In this document: positions 34,991 through 47,690 of the stretch, piece after piece
How the letters are laid out: every line of letters begins with the position of its first letter
Numbering within the stretch: the first letter of the stretch is position 1
NCBI RefSeq assembly: GCF_009834535.1
Contig: NC_045696.1
Span: 58,282,001-58,346,000 of the forward strand
Direction of reading: 5' to 3'
Origin: Camelus ferus
Lineage: Eukaryota
Length of the DNA: 64,000 nucleotides
Translations under genes and position numbers: made by a program
Notes under the pieces: generated by a model
Databases searched by the model: none
What the model saw: the letters and a program-made list of their open reading frames with translations, nothing else
Told to the model about the DNA's origin: nothing

Positions 34991-35339
34991 TGCAATCCTT
35001 GTCCCCCTGTCCCAAGGCCCATTCTCCAGAAAGTGGGGAGCCCAGAAGGCTCCCCCTACCTACTCCCCTCTCAGAGCCACATCCCTCTTCCCCACCCTCC
35101 TGGAAGGCCTGGCTAGGGGAGGAGAAGCCAGCCACCATGGGGCTTCCCATCAGGGAAAAGAAGGAAGACAGGAACCAGGGTGAAGAGTGTGGTAGAGGGA
35201 GGAGTGCTTTGGCGAAAGATCGTCATCAGGCTCTGCCACCCCAGGCCGAACGGCCTCAGCTTGGCCACACAAGGACCACCCAGACAGCTCGGTGTTGTGG
35301 GTAACTACCCAGGCTCAGAGGCTAGGCAGCACCAAGACT

Positions 35340-35465
35340 ATAAAATTTATTAGCTGTGTGATCTTGAGCAAATTGCCAAACCTCTGAGGTTCATTGTTCT
35401 TACGTGAAAATTGGGGTGTTAATATCTACTTCATAGGATGGTTGTGAGGATCACATGAGAGATGG
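35340..35465 (+). mobile_element. MIR SINE
   Basis: 'ttattagctgtgtgatcttgagcaaatt...tacttcataggatggttgtgaggat'. Confidence 0.8.
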
Positions 35466-36362
35466 ATGTGGTCGCTCCTGCAAAGGGAAGCAGCCTCCAG
35501 GTGGGCTGCTGGAAGGAGAAGGGCCCGGCTCTGGGAAGCTAAGAAGGGCATTTAGAAGGAGGGAGCAGAGCAGGGTGTAATCCCAAGAGGAGAGGCCGGG
35601 AGCTGACTTGTTGGAAAAGTGAATCCAGCAGAGGAGGCAGAACACAGAACAGGGCAAGCCAGGCTGGGGAACAGGACCCCGACGGGCTGGAGGAATCATA
35701 GGAGAGAACAGGGCACAGAGTCTTGAGGGTGGAGAAAGCCCCTCACCCAGAAAGAATGTTAGTATGGGCTTTTCTGGAGTGGAATTCAGGGACCGAGGCT
35801 GAGTAGCGGATCAGCACCAATAATCAGAAGCCAAGATGGAAAAGCCAAGTTTCTCTAGAGACCAAGAGGGAAGGAAAGTAATGGCCCCCACTCTACCTGA
35901 AAACCCTCCATAACCACCGATGCCCATGGGGGTGATGAGGGGGCATAACCCAAGGATCTGGGCCTGGAGATAGTCCCTGGGCAGAGAGGCTGTAATCACA
36001 GGTTGACCACAGAGCTCTCACTTCATACCTGAAATGCGCTCACCTGGGCTGCACATGGTTTACATCCTGAGGGCCCTTCTGATAGAGGAAGAGCTGAAAC
36101 GGCGTGGCACCCAAGCTTAAGAGATGGCTCTGCTGGACAGTGTGGGGGTAGGGGGGAAGGGGGAGCACTGGTTGGGTAGAGAAGAGGTGCTGATCATGAA
36201 TGCTCAGACCAGCACCTCAAAAGAGGCAGCTCAGTATCACAGAGAGATCTTGGCTGGGGGAGCCAGGAGGCTTGGGTCGTAGTCCCCATTCTGCCAATAA
36301 CTGGCTGGGCTGCTGGCTTTCTCTGGCCCTCTGTATCTTCCTTTTTGAAATGAGACCAGATT

Positions 36363-36566
36363 TGTGGTCTTCAAGTTTTTTCTTTCAGCAGCAGAACCCA
36401 CTTTTCAAATGCAATCTTATCTAGAACATCTCCATCTAGATCAGATAGAAACAGAAGTACACTGGTGAGTAGGGAGCTGGATCCTGGATACTCAGCCTCT
36501 CCCAGCAGCTCTCAAAGGAGCTGGGAGGAACCCCGGCACTCTCCAGAGCACAGCATGAAACGACAG
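36363..36566 (+). mobile_element. MER117-like hAT element within a MIR
   Basis: 'tggtcttcaag...cagcagcagaacccacttttcaaatgcaatctta...cagatagaaacagaag...agagcacagcatgaaa'; MIR text on both sides (36240-36355 and 36567-36600). Confidence 0.6.
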
Positions 36567-38744
36567 GAATAGCTGTCTCCCAGGGCCTTTCACCTCTCTA
36601 ACGGCAAGGCTTTTTATCCTCAATGGAAGTTATAAGTAGACACCAGCTTGGATGGGCACCAGCTGGAGGGCAAAGCACAAGAGGGTCCCGAGGGAGGGAG
36701 CAGGCTACCCCTGCTTAGAGCACCTGTTGGGGTTGCAGACCCTGCAGCAGAGGCTGCTGAAGGTGGGGGCTGCGGCTACAGATGGCAGAAGGGAGGCCAG
36801 CCAGGGCCCAGGCTCCAGGGTGACAAATGTGCTACACAGCAAGGCCAGATGGATGCCCCTCCCTTTGGCACCGTGGCTCCTCGAGGAAACACTGGGCTGC
36901 TTTTCACACCGTGGATGGTTGCAGGCTCCCTCTCTTGCCAGCTCAGCCAAATCATAAATCTAGCCTGCCAGGGGAGCTGGCTGCCCTGACCCCGGCCCCG
37001 TGCTTCCTCTGTCTTGGCCTTGCCTCATGCCAAGGTGGAGATCCAGGCACGAGCAACAGAAGGAGAGGCCATGTATGGAGCTGGGCCCACACAGATGGAG
37101 GGTCCTGTCTTGGCTTGGCTTTCTAGAATGTTCTTCATCCAGATTTTTCTTTTTGCCTTCAGAATCCTTTCTTCCTATCCAGGATTCTGCCAGAGGCTTT
37201 GACCATGTTGTAAGTCTGACCGAAATTGAGACGATCCGGAAGACCTTGAAGCCCAAGACTGCCTTCTCCCTGCCCCCGGCCACGAGGAAGGAAGCGGGAG
37301 AGCACGCTGCCTGCACCAGCCCCCGTGGACGGTTCTCACCCAGGCAAAGGCTCCTCAGCTAGAGATGCAGACACAGCCGGCCAGATTCTCCGTCTCCCAG
37401 AGGGAGGGCAGGCACCTCAGGGAGGGAGGATTTTATTTCTGCCTTGGTCCATCTTCAGTTCTTTCTTTCCCACTCCCACCCACTGTCCTCTATCCATGTC
37501 CCCGGGAAAGGGAGGTTCAGAAAATGCCCTCCTCTTCCTCCCTGTCCCCTGCCTTCCCCGCTTCTTCTCTGTGCTTTTTATGAAATCAGCACATTACCCT
37601 GTATGGTACTTTATGGTTTGTAACCCTTCACAGCTGTGGGGAGGGTCTCCCTGGCTCCCTTCGTCGGGGTGGAGGCCGAGGCTCGGAGGGTCTGACTTGC
37701 TAGCGGGGTGGAGACTAGCCCTTCTCACTTTACCATGGCTTTCTCCTCCTCCCCGCTCTTCTGCTCCCTCAATTGTCTCTCTTCTCCTCTATCTCTACCC
37801 TCCTCTCCTTTCTTTGTGGCATCTCTTCTCAACCCTTCCTCTGACCCTCAGAAAGATCTCCAGATCTACCTGAGGTCTGAGTAAGTGGGGACCTCAGGAC
37901 CACCTCACCCCATCACCTGAATTACAGGTGAGGAGACTGAGGGGCCACAGAACCTGGCTGGGTCCCCAGGCCTCTTTGTCTTCACTGGGGCACACAGAGG
38001 GCTGTGGGAGGCCAAGATGGATTTCTTAAGTCATCCTGATTTTATTACTTGAAACATTTCTAGGGCAGGACCCAGACAAATGCTCGCTGGCGTGCTCCCT
38101 CTCTCCCTCCCTCCCTCTGCAGCAAAGATGCTGCATCTCTGCATAACGCTTGCGCCCTATTTCACTTAGAAGGAAAGGTCAAGGTCGTGTGTCTCTGCAG
38201 CTGAAGTCACCAGCAGGCAGTCTTTGAGAAGTTCCTCTGCTCCGGGCCTTCACCCTCAGGCTGGGAGGCCCTGCCCCTCCCCAACACCACGCAGAGCGGG
38301 TTTCTCTTCTTGTTGGGTCTCACTGTTTTGTCACTTGGGGACAGAGATCCCCTGGGTTCTACGAATCACCCTTTCTTGTCCTCACACCCTTGCTTTAGGG
38401 CATCCCCCCATCCCCAGATGAAACCCTAGATGGTCGGCACACACTGGGCACTGCTGTGCTGGGCATAGTGACAAGCCTGCTGTCCCCAGCTCTCAGAAGC
38501 AGGGCCATGTCTATGGAGAAGGCTCCTCACAGGAGCCTCCCTGGAGCCCTCTTACTGTGGATTGGCTACCCCTGCACCCACACCGGCCTGATCTCTCCCA
38601 CTCTAGGGCCCAGCCCACTAAGCCAACAGCTTTGCAAGCCCTCTCGGAGCGCTCTGAACTGAAAGACCCGTTTTACCCAGGGGTCAGTCCATGCAGCCAG
38701 CAGAGGTGGCCTGCCAGGTGAGAGGAGCTCTCCAGGAAGAGTGG

Positions 38745-38950
38745 GAAGGATGCGGGCTTTGGATCAAGAGGTGTGGGCTGAGTCTTCGTCTATCACTTAT
38801 TAGCTCCTTGATCTTACCTCGAGTGCACCGTTCCTCCAAGCCTCCACTTCTCATCTGTTAAATGGGGGAGAGAAAAGTTCTAGGCTTATCTATTTCATGA
38901 GGTGGAAGAAGATTAAAAAAAGAGCATGCAGGTGAGCGTGCTCTGGAAAC
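38745..38950 (+). mobile_element. MIR SINE
   Basis: 'gggctttggatcaag...cacttattagct...ctcatctgttaaatgggg'. Confidence 0.7.
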
Positions 38951-39317
38951 GGATGTCAGGCAGGAGTGCAATTCCCAGGTCCGCAGAGCTGCCAATATTC
39001 CTCTCCATCCACATGGCTCTAAGCCTGCCCTGCAAGGTGACTCATTTTGTTCTAGGATGGGACCGTCCAGCTTCCTCTATGTGTGGCTTTGTTCTTCACT
39101 CCTGGCCTCCTTGAGTCCCCAGGTAGGAGCCTGAGTGTCTATGTTCCTTCTTCCCAGGGGCTCCATTAGGTGAAAACACACTCCAACTCTCCTCCGCTCA
39201 ACTCATTACAAGAAGTGGAGAGATTTACTCTTGAGGCCTTCATTATCACCTAATTGTGTTCCCACTAAAAACTCATTAATTAGCCATTCTAAAGCTGTCA
39301 GCACATTTAAATAGACT

Positions 39318-39520
39318 CATAGACTTACAGAGGTTTAGAGTTGGAAGAGAACTTTGGCAAGTCCAACCTGTTCAACCCCTACATGTTAGAAATAAGGCAA
39401 GTGAGGCCCAGAGAGATTAACTGACTCTACCAAGGTCACACAGCAGGCTAGTAATGGAGTCAGGGCCAGAAACCCAAGTCATTGAGTTCCAGCCCAGAGA
39501 CTCTCCTTCTCACTACACCA
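39318..39520 (-). mobile_element. MIR SINE
   Basis: 'tgaggcccagagagatt...ccaaggtcacacagcaggctagt...gaaacccaagtc'. Confidence 0.8.
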
Positions 39521-39789
39521 CTTTCTGAAAAGAAAGCCATGTCACCCCTCACCTGCTGTCATCTATCCTTTACCCAAAGGAGAGATTCTTCATTGAGGTA
39601 TGACCCTAGCCAGAAGAAAATACATGTGTGGAATTTTAAGATTTTTTAAAATGATGATATGTGAACCCGAGTCAGATGGTGATCAGCTGTGACATGCTAA
39701 TGGGTATCGTGCCTCCTGGGGGTGAGGACAGCAATGGCCCTCCCCTTCCTGGGGAGGAGCAGACATATAAACTGGACCAGTAGAGTGAG

Positions 39790-39900
39790 AGGCTGGTGAC
39801 CAGCAGCACCAGGTTAAATGCAGATTCCTGGCCCTATCTGGACATCCTGGCCCAGAATCTCTGGAGTGGGGCCTAAGAGTCTGTGTTTTGAGGACCACAG
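39790..39900. mobile_element. MER5-family fragment
   Basis: 'gttaaatgcagattcctggccc...cagaatctctggagtggggcctaagagtctgtgtttt'. Confidence 0.65.
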
Positions 39901-42900
39901 GCTAAAAGAGGTTCTGAAAAAGAAACAACAACAAACATATACAACTCTGGAGACCGAGAGGAAAGGAGACAGTGCGGCTGAAGTAGACTCCTAATAAGAA
40001 CCGGGGAGCAGCCCTCCAGAAGGGTGCGATGGAGTGAGGGCCGGTGCTGGGCTGACAGCAGCTTGAAGGAAGCACAGGTCCCCAGAGAGGCCTGGGCCGC
40101 GCATCGGGTGAGTGACCACACTGGAGCCAAGGTTCCCAGCCACGTTGCCACGGGCCCACGGCTCACGCACGAGGCAAGTGTCCACCAGGAGGACAGTTTC
40201 CACCTGAGGCCCAGGAAGGACAGTGAACGCCTCAACAGCACTCAGTGTGCACCAGGCACTGTCCCGAGTCCTTGTGTATGTTAACAAATCCAATCCACGT
40301 AGGACTCTGTGAAGTGGGGGCACTGTTCTTTTCCTGTGCTGTGTTGAAGAAACAGGCCAGGACGCTAGGCCCAGGGCCAGTGAGTGACAGAGCCGGGACC
40401 TGGACCTTCTCCGACTCCCCACCACCACCCCCACCTCAGCGGAAGATCAGAAGCTCGCCGTTTGGCCTGGGCCTGGGGCGCATGGTGTTCGTCGATAAAG
40501 GGTTCATGGCACGTTTTGAGGGACCCTGTGCACTGCATCCCTAGCCTCTGCCACCAAATGACAATAGGCTTCCAAGTCATCTTGACAACCAAGACACCTG
40601 TGTGTGGTTGTGGGTCCAAGCCGGGAGCAGCACCTGGTTGGGAGTCAGGGATGGAGTGGGAAGGTGCACTGAATCCCAGGGGCCTGGCCTCGCTCTGCGA
40701 GGGACTGTGCTGGGAAGGGAGCTGGCCAGACCACAGAAGGCAGTGCCTGGGAGAAGCGGGTGGGTTTTGTGGCCAAGGGCCCCTCAAAGCTTAGGCTACT
40801 GGGCTGCTGCAGGAGCAGTGGGGAAGGGGGACGTTGGAGCAAGGCAGAAAGGAGGGAGAAGCAGCCATAGCTCAGACATGGAGGCGTGCAAGCGAAAGCC
40901 AGCTGAGCCTGTGCGGGCTTCACCTCAGCTGCTGTCAGCTGCCCCAGCATCTCCACATTCCTCACACGGTGGCAAGGACCGGCCACAGATCTCAGAATCT
41001 CGGAGGGTGAGCTTTTCTACAGAGGCCTGGGTAGCAGTAGGAATATCGTGGAGAAAAAAGAAACAAGTGGAACCAAGCCACAGACTTTGGAGAAGAAACT
41101 GTTCTTCCATCACCACCATTTTTATTTCACGTTGGCTGGTGACAGCAGAAAACTCACAAAGAGCTGCAGCGGCCCTGAATGGGCTGGGAGAGCCGTCTGT
41201 CCCCTTTCATAGGGAACCCCCACCCCAGCTCCTCATCAGATGTGGTATCAGGGCAGTGTGGAGAAGCTTCAAAGCTTTCTCTCATAGTATTCAATACACC
41301 AAGGACACTGCAGCCAACTCCCCTTTCCCACCTCTCTCCCCTTCAAAATTCCCAGGGACCAAAAATCCAGAATGTATCTGTCATGCACCGGGGAATGTGT
41401 TCACACAATATAAGCTAAGTTCACACCCACTCATCCCCTTAAAAGCCCAGGCCTGACAACTCCTGCATTCAGCCTCACAGTGAGTGGCCAGGAAAGGTAC
41501 TTAGAAGCAGGAGTGAGCAGAGATAATCCACAGAGCAGAACACCAAGCAGCGACAACACTCCTTAGGTATTTATTGGGGAATGCACTCCTTTGAAAACTG
41601 AAATTCTAGCCGATAAGGGAAATGCTAGATGCTGTGCATCACACAAGAACAATGTAAAATATAATCCTTGCCCTCCAGGAAACAAGATACATACACAATG
41701 CCATTTTCAAAACAATGTCAAAGTAAGTGTTCTACACAATAATTTCTATGGATGGCTCGAAGTGAAGGAAAATCAGCTTGGTAACTGAAGGCAGAGCAAA
41801 GGGAATGGTCTGCGCATCCCAGCGTGTCAAGTGTTGTTAGCAAAGCCCCGGTGCGGGGAGGATCCACATGCAGGAAAACAACTATGGGTTAGGTCCAGGG
41901 GAGCCACGGGTGTGAGATGGGAAGGGCAACTAGAGAGCATAGTTCTTGGGGCTCTGTGCTGGGTTCAGGAGGACAGGCATCATGGATGGGGGCATGCGGT
42001 AGAGCTAACTTTGAACCATCCTATCAACCCAGTGCTTTGTATCCTGAAGGAGCCCTTTGCATTTCTGATATGCATGTGGTTTGATATATATGAGAGGAAT
42101 GGCTTCTCCTGGAAGCAGACTGACTTCAGAGCTCCCAAACGCCTATGGATGAATAACCATCATGAGACAGGTCCCAGACAAGGAACACCCAAGTTTTACA
42201 CTCCATTTTTAGCTGCAAAACTGGCATGAACATGGACAGAGGCAAATTGCTGCTTTTCTTCCATTGAAGAGAGCAACCCAATTTGAAGAATAATCACCAA
42301 TTAACAAGGCGAGCAGCACAAGCTGTGAATCCTGAAGAGCTCAAACCTGATGGCAAATCACAGTTGTTGGGCAGGCAGTGGGAGGCAGGGGCAGTCCCAT
42401 CCTAAGACCTGACTCCCCCCTCCACCCCAGGCACTGATCATTGTTATTGATCTCTTAGTGACCACCAGGGCACCTGTTGAGGAGAAGTCTTGGAGAGGGG
42501 TGCTCCTCTTGAGCACTTATTTCAAAAGAAAGTGCTCTGGATGCCATTTCAAAATTAAATTTGTTAAGAACTCAATATAAAATTAAACTTCACGTCAATC
42601 CACTGACTTTTGGTTTCCTCATCTGTGAAATGATGATGATCCTGGCCCTACTATTTCCTGAGATAAGGAAGAGATGACACTTTATAAACTGGAAAGCACT
42701 GCTAAAAATGACCAGCGCTGAGAGAGTGGGCTCTTTTAACATCCTAACAAACCAGACAGGTCCAGAGCAACGAGCATGTATGACTGCCCACGGGGAGAAG
42801 TAAGCACCTGAGGATGCATGCAGACTGCTGAGCTGAAGTCACTATAACAACTTTCGAGTGTGTCCAGTCAGTGAAGGCACTGGGACGAGCACTGGGGACA

Positions 42901-43079
42901 CAAAGGTGAATGCAAAGCAGCCACTTCACACCCGGAAACTCTTAGGAGGAAAAAAGCCACCACGTCAAAACCACACCCAAACTTCTGAGGAAGCAAAACA
43001 GAGTAACAGTGAACGTCCTGAAATCTTCAGGCTTCACCCAGAACCTGCTCACGACTGTTTTGTATATTCAGTATTAACC

Positions 43080-43455
43080 CCTGGTATGCTTTTAGTTATA
43101 ATCAGCTGAAAACCCAACTCAACTCAAAGGGGCTTAAACCAAAGGAAATATAACAATTCATGAGAGGAGGTTCTGAGGATCCAAAAACCACCCAGTTCAC
43201 CGTTCTTTCCACCTCTCCACTCTGCTAGGCTCTGTACTTTCACGTCCCTCTCTGCCGTCCCCAGTAGGCTTTTTCCCAAAGAAAGTTCTGGAAGGTATAA
43301 TTCAGCTGCCGACTGCTGTGTCTTCTCATTTACAACTCTCTTTAAACCCCATTAGTCCAAATTTTGTCATTTATATTTATGACTCAACCAATGACAAGGG
43401 AAAAATGTGTCCCCTTCAACCAATCAGAGCCACCTCCTTGGGCTGAGGTCAATCC
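43080..43455 (-). mobile_element. Degraded MLT1 (J/K-like) LTR
   Basis: 'gaaaacccaactcaa...ggcttaaaccaaagg', '...ctttccacctctccactctgct', 'aaccaatcagag'. Confidence 0.45.
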
Positions 43456-44149
43456 CAAATTTCACTGCTGCTGCTCAGGGAGGGTTAACCACGAGTTAAC
43501 CACAAGATGCCCTACTTGGTTACAAGAACTTTAGTTATCCGTTTTCCAAGCCCAAATGATAAATGCAAATTAAAAGTGAAATTTGCTTTAGGCAGGTACA
43601 TTTTGTCTAGCAAGACGGGACATCAGTCAGCAAGAAGCACAGCTGGAAAAACTAAAGCGCAGGCACAAAAACGCAAAACCTCAGGGGGCCATTTGGTATA
43701 AGCAAATCGTCCCATAAGCCCCACTGAATTACAGCCCACTACATTAATTAAGGTTCCTAACATACCCCCGGGACATCAAGAAAAGGTTACATTTCTGCTT
43801 GCGTGACTCTGTTTAAAAAGGCAGACACACATGTAATAACATTTTATAGAGAATCACAAACACAGTGGCTGACAATTTTTAAGTGTTGTTGCTTAAAGGG
43901 ACAAATCTTACACTAGTTAGAAAACTCTGAAGTTTGGAATGACCCACCCCACCTCCTCTGAAGAGCTGGGGTTGAGTGTGCAGATGGCAGCTGTGACACA
44001 TTACCTGCAGTGAGACGTCACTGCTGGCTGCACCCCCCCCCCCCGCCCCGCCGGCTCCTATGCACCGATGGAAACTGACTGCCCCTCATCTCCGGACTGG
44101 GTGGCTGATGGCCACCACCAAACAAGTACCAGTGGTCGGGATCTGTATT

Positions 44150-44290
44150 AGGGTGCTGCTCTCCTAGGAAAAATACTCAGATCCCGGGCCCCACCTTGAC
44201 CTACTGAATCAGATGCTCACGGATATGGCCCATTTCCTTCTTTCCTTAAAGTTTCCCTAGAAAATGTGATGATCAGCCAGACCAAACCAC
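44150..44290. mobile_element. MER5-family fragment
   Basis: 'cagatcccgggccccaccttgacctactgaatcaga'. Confidence 0.6.
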
Positions 44291-45801
44291 ACACTCCCTG
44301 TCTGAGAATCCAGCACATTCTGCAAGAAAAGCAGAATGGGAGAGCCAAGCCTCATCTCTTGTACCCTTTCCCGACTTCAGGAAGACTAGCATGAAACATC
44401 AGAAACAGCGGAAGTTCTGGGCACTCATCCTTCTGGGGACAAGTGCCATCCTGCCCCACATCTCCCAGCAACAAGAAACAGGTCGCACACAGCCCACAAG
44501 AACCATGGCCAATCTGCCTCTCAGACCCAACTGCTCCCCAGTCAACATCTTCCTGCATGTAGCCTTCCTTCCAACCCCCAGACCCCACCCCAGCAGAATC
44601 AGGGACTAGGGAGGGGGCAATGACAGCTTGACAGACATAGATCCTCCTCAGTCAGAAAGGACATTCTTCGTCACCTATTAAATGACACCACTGCCAGTTT
44701 CTACTTCACATGTTCCTTCTGTAACTGACTCCCCACTCCATCTTGCTTCTCTTCAAGAGGGTCTTCATGTTACGTCTTGCCCCGGTCCCTCTCATTACAA
44801 CTGGCAAAGCGTGGAGGATGGGAGATCAATAGGGACTCAGGAGACAGCAATGTCCTGGCCTGAAACACTCCAGCCAGAGACCTGGGTCCCAGGAGCCTGC
44901 CCTGCCCTACAGATGTCACCACATCCTGCAAGCCAGCCCTCAACTTCTCTGACACCCTGTCTCCACCTCCTCAGCTCCCGTGACCCTCAGCGAGCAGCCT
45001 CTGTACAGCCAGAGATGATGGGCTTGACCATGTCCCAAAAGGCTCTTCCCGTCCTGGCTCCACCAAGCACCACCCATGTGACCTCAGAGATGGCCTGCAA
45101 CCTCTCTGAGCCTCAGCTTCCTCTTCTGGGACGGAAAAGGCTTGTCTTGGCTTGTCTCCCCAGTTCTTAGGAGGCTTTGAACACACAACAAATGTGAATG
45201 TGCTCCGTCGACCAGAATGCACTGTTCACTCGTGAAGGGTCACTATTTACAGGGCTCATAGCTTCTCCAGCTGGGAAAAGTGTCCCATGCATCTTTGTGT
45301 CCCCCGTGTTTGGCACTGGCAAAGGTCTCCTGATGGCAGGGGCTGCTACATGAACTGAATGAGGAGGGGGCAATGGAGGAAGATGGGAAGATGAAGAAAG
45401 TCAAGGAGAGAAGACATGACCCCTCTCCTATCACCCTCCAGTCTCCAGGGACTAACGATGCCCCCATATAGCGGCCCCTCCACCACCGATTAGACAGGTC
45501 ACTTTTAAATGTTACTCTAGCACCAAACAGAAAAGGATGTTATTAAAAGCTTTCCCATGCCAATCTGAATGAAATATTGAACACATCCAACCTTTAAACT
45601 GAACTGAAAATTCTTTTTTGTTAACAACCCTCTAAGGTGCTTGCTTGCCCTGGATGGTGCCGCAATGAATGCTGAGACTGAGAGATTTGGAAGCTTGGGG
45701 CGGGGCTTGGGAGGGCAAGGCCTTCCTCTAACTCCTCACTGCTTTGGTTTCCTGGAAGAACAGGCCCTCAGGAGGCTGAGAGAGCCAGCATGGCAATTGT
45801 G

Positions 45802-45804
<3 letters not shown>

Positions 45805-45845
<41 letters not shown>

Positions 45846-45883
45846 GCATAGTCAGTTACAATGTGTCAATTTCTGGTATACAG
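45805..45883 (-). mobile_element. Extremely 5'-truncated young L1 whose tail is a (TTA)13 microsatellite
   Basis: (TTA)13 at 45805-45843, then 'catagtcagttacaatgtgtcaatttctggtatacag', similar to the L1 3' ends at about 2750 and 49500; flanked by GGCAATTG at 45792-45799 and 45884-45891. Confidence 0.75.
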
Positions 45884-47309
45884 GGCAATTGGGTATTTTT
45901 AAGTGAAGGGAGGGCTTGTTCCTCCACACTGAGCAGCTCCATTTCTGGAACGCACAGGACAATCCTTACCCCCATCAGCTCTGCTCCGTGCACATACCCT
46001 CCCACCACCCCTGCCATCAGACAGAAAACACAGCCTCTCAGAGGGTGAAAAGGGCAGCTGCTTTTCCCTACACAAGAGCCCTCCCACCACAGTCCCAGCT
46101 GCATTTTCAGATATTCCCACCTCCCTCTGCATCCCAGGCCTAAACTGTAATAGAATAATTGGGAGGAGATACAAAGAATTCCTCACCCAGAAAAGAATGA
46201 GGAATAGAGGGTGGTAATTTTTAGACATAAAAGAACACCCCCACAATGTTACCCCTGCCCTCTGAGCACGGGGGCAAACTGGCAAGTCAGCACACCCTCT
46301 TGGGCACATCCCCACCACACCCACCCACACATGCATGCACACATGCGCGCGCACATGGAGGTCTTGCTCTTGCTCCCTCCTCGTGCAACGTTAGGGCCAG
46401 GGCAGGGCCTTGCTCGCAGGAGCAGGGGGCAGACAGGTGCTCTCTGGACAGCCCCATGTCCACAGACCCTCCCCCGCCCTCACTCCTCAGGGCCACCTGC
46501 TTTGGCCGCCTCCACCCCCACTCCAGAGCTCCATGACATCTGCTAAGCACATCTCAACTTAAAACCTTGATTCTTCCCCTTACAATACAGTAACAAGTCA
46601 AGTAGAAATCCAATTTCACAAACATCTAGTCTGTGCCAGGCAGTGGCCTAGACTAAGCTACAGAACATGTATAGGCTACTGTCAAAGTGTAGTTTTCAAA
46701 ATGCTCTCTTGTGAATATAATTTGACTCATTAACAAGGGATGGTGAACCTAGCTCCAAAGAGAATTTGAAGAACAGGGGTTTATATAATCAGTCAGGAAA
46801 GGCATGCAGAAACGAGTTTGTTAAGTGGAAAAAAAAAACTGGTTAATGTCCTACAGGGCAACAAAATCATAACGTTGAGAGTTACCTTCTCTACTAGACA
46901 GAAATCATTTGCGGCCCTAGCAGTTAAATATCTGTGCTATCAATCTGCATCTTAACATCTAATGTCATAAAGTCTGGCCCTTAATCAATAACAAATTGGA
47001 AATCAGGCAAAAGTACATCCCCCTAGAGAGTTACATAACCTTGGGGGGACCTGTTAGGCTGCAGTGTGAGATCACCAGGACATGTGATCATCCTTTTGCC
47101 TTGTTTCCAAGCTCTGGGTGCTTTCTCTTATCACATGATACTTGCCTTCAAGGGTCTTCCCACACCTGGTGAGGCAAGACTGCCACCCACAATAGAGTTA
47201 AACAGTCCAGAAGAATCACTGTTTGTTCCATTAGGTGTGACAACAGCACCTTGTTTATGTATAATGTAAATACATCTTAATCAGTCAAGATGCACACTTA
47301 AGTATCAAC

Positions 47310-47465
47310 AGATAAAACTGCAAGATGTTTCGGGTTTATTTTAAAATATGCCAGGATAAACAAAAGTTGAGAGGAGAATAGATGAAACAAGATGGGCAAA
47401 ATATTGATGACTGTTGAAGTGAAATTAGGGATATATGGGAAATTATGTATTGTTCTGCTCTGGGA
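47310..47465 (+). mobile_element. L1MC/L1ME 3' fragment
   Basis: 'atagatgaaacaagatgggcaaaatattgatgactgttgaag...tatatggg'. Confidence 0.65.
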
Positions 47466-47549
47466 TATATTCAAATTGCAGTTGTGCTAATAGTTAAAAT
47501 TACATCCTGCCACATGTGTATCATCGTCTCACACATTATAAGGTATACT

Positions 47550-47690
47550 CTGTTCACTGTTTTTCTCTGCCTCCTCCACTTAGAGTATAAACTCCATAGG
47601 GGCAGGTCTTGTCGATTCTTCCCCCTCCCAAGCCCTGGAAGAGCATTCAGCCCCTGCAGGCACACAGCAGGCATTTGTTAAAGGATTATT
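47550..47690 (+). mobile_element. L2 3' end
   Basis: 'ctctgcctcctccacttagagtataaactccataggggcagg...ggcacacagcaggcatt'. Confidence 0.7.

Noticed and set aside
34325..35183. Overlapping 221-aa and 226-aa ORFs
   Set aside because: Kept open by (TG)n/(CA)n repeats that give HT and CV runs
40602..41456. Longest ORF (284 aa)
   Set aside because: Non-ATG start, no recognisable domain, composition typical of a chance ORF in GC-balanced DNA
43409..43422. 14-nt identity to mature miR-133 (GTCCCCTTCAACCA)
   Set aside because: Seed end and 3' end do not match, there is no pre-miR-133 5' arm, and it lies in a probable LTR remnant
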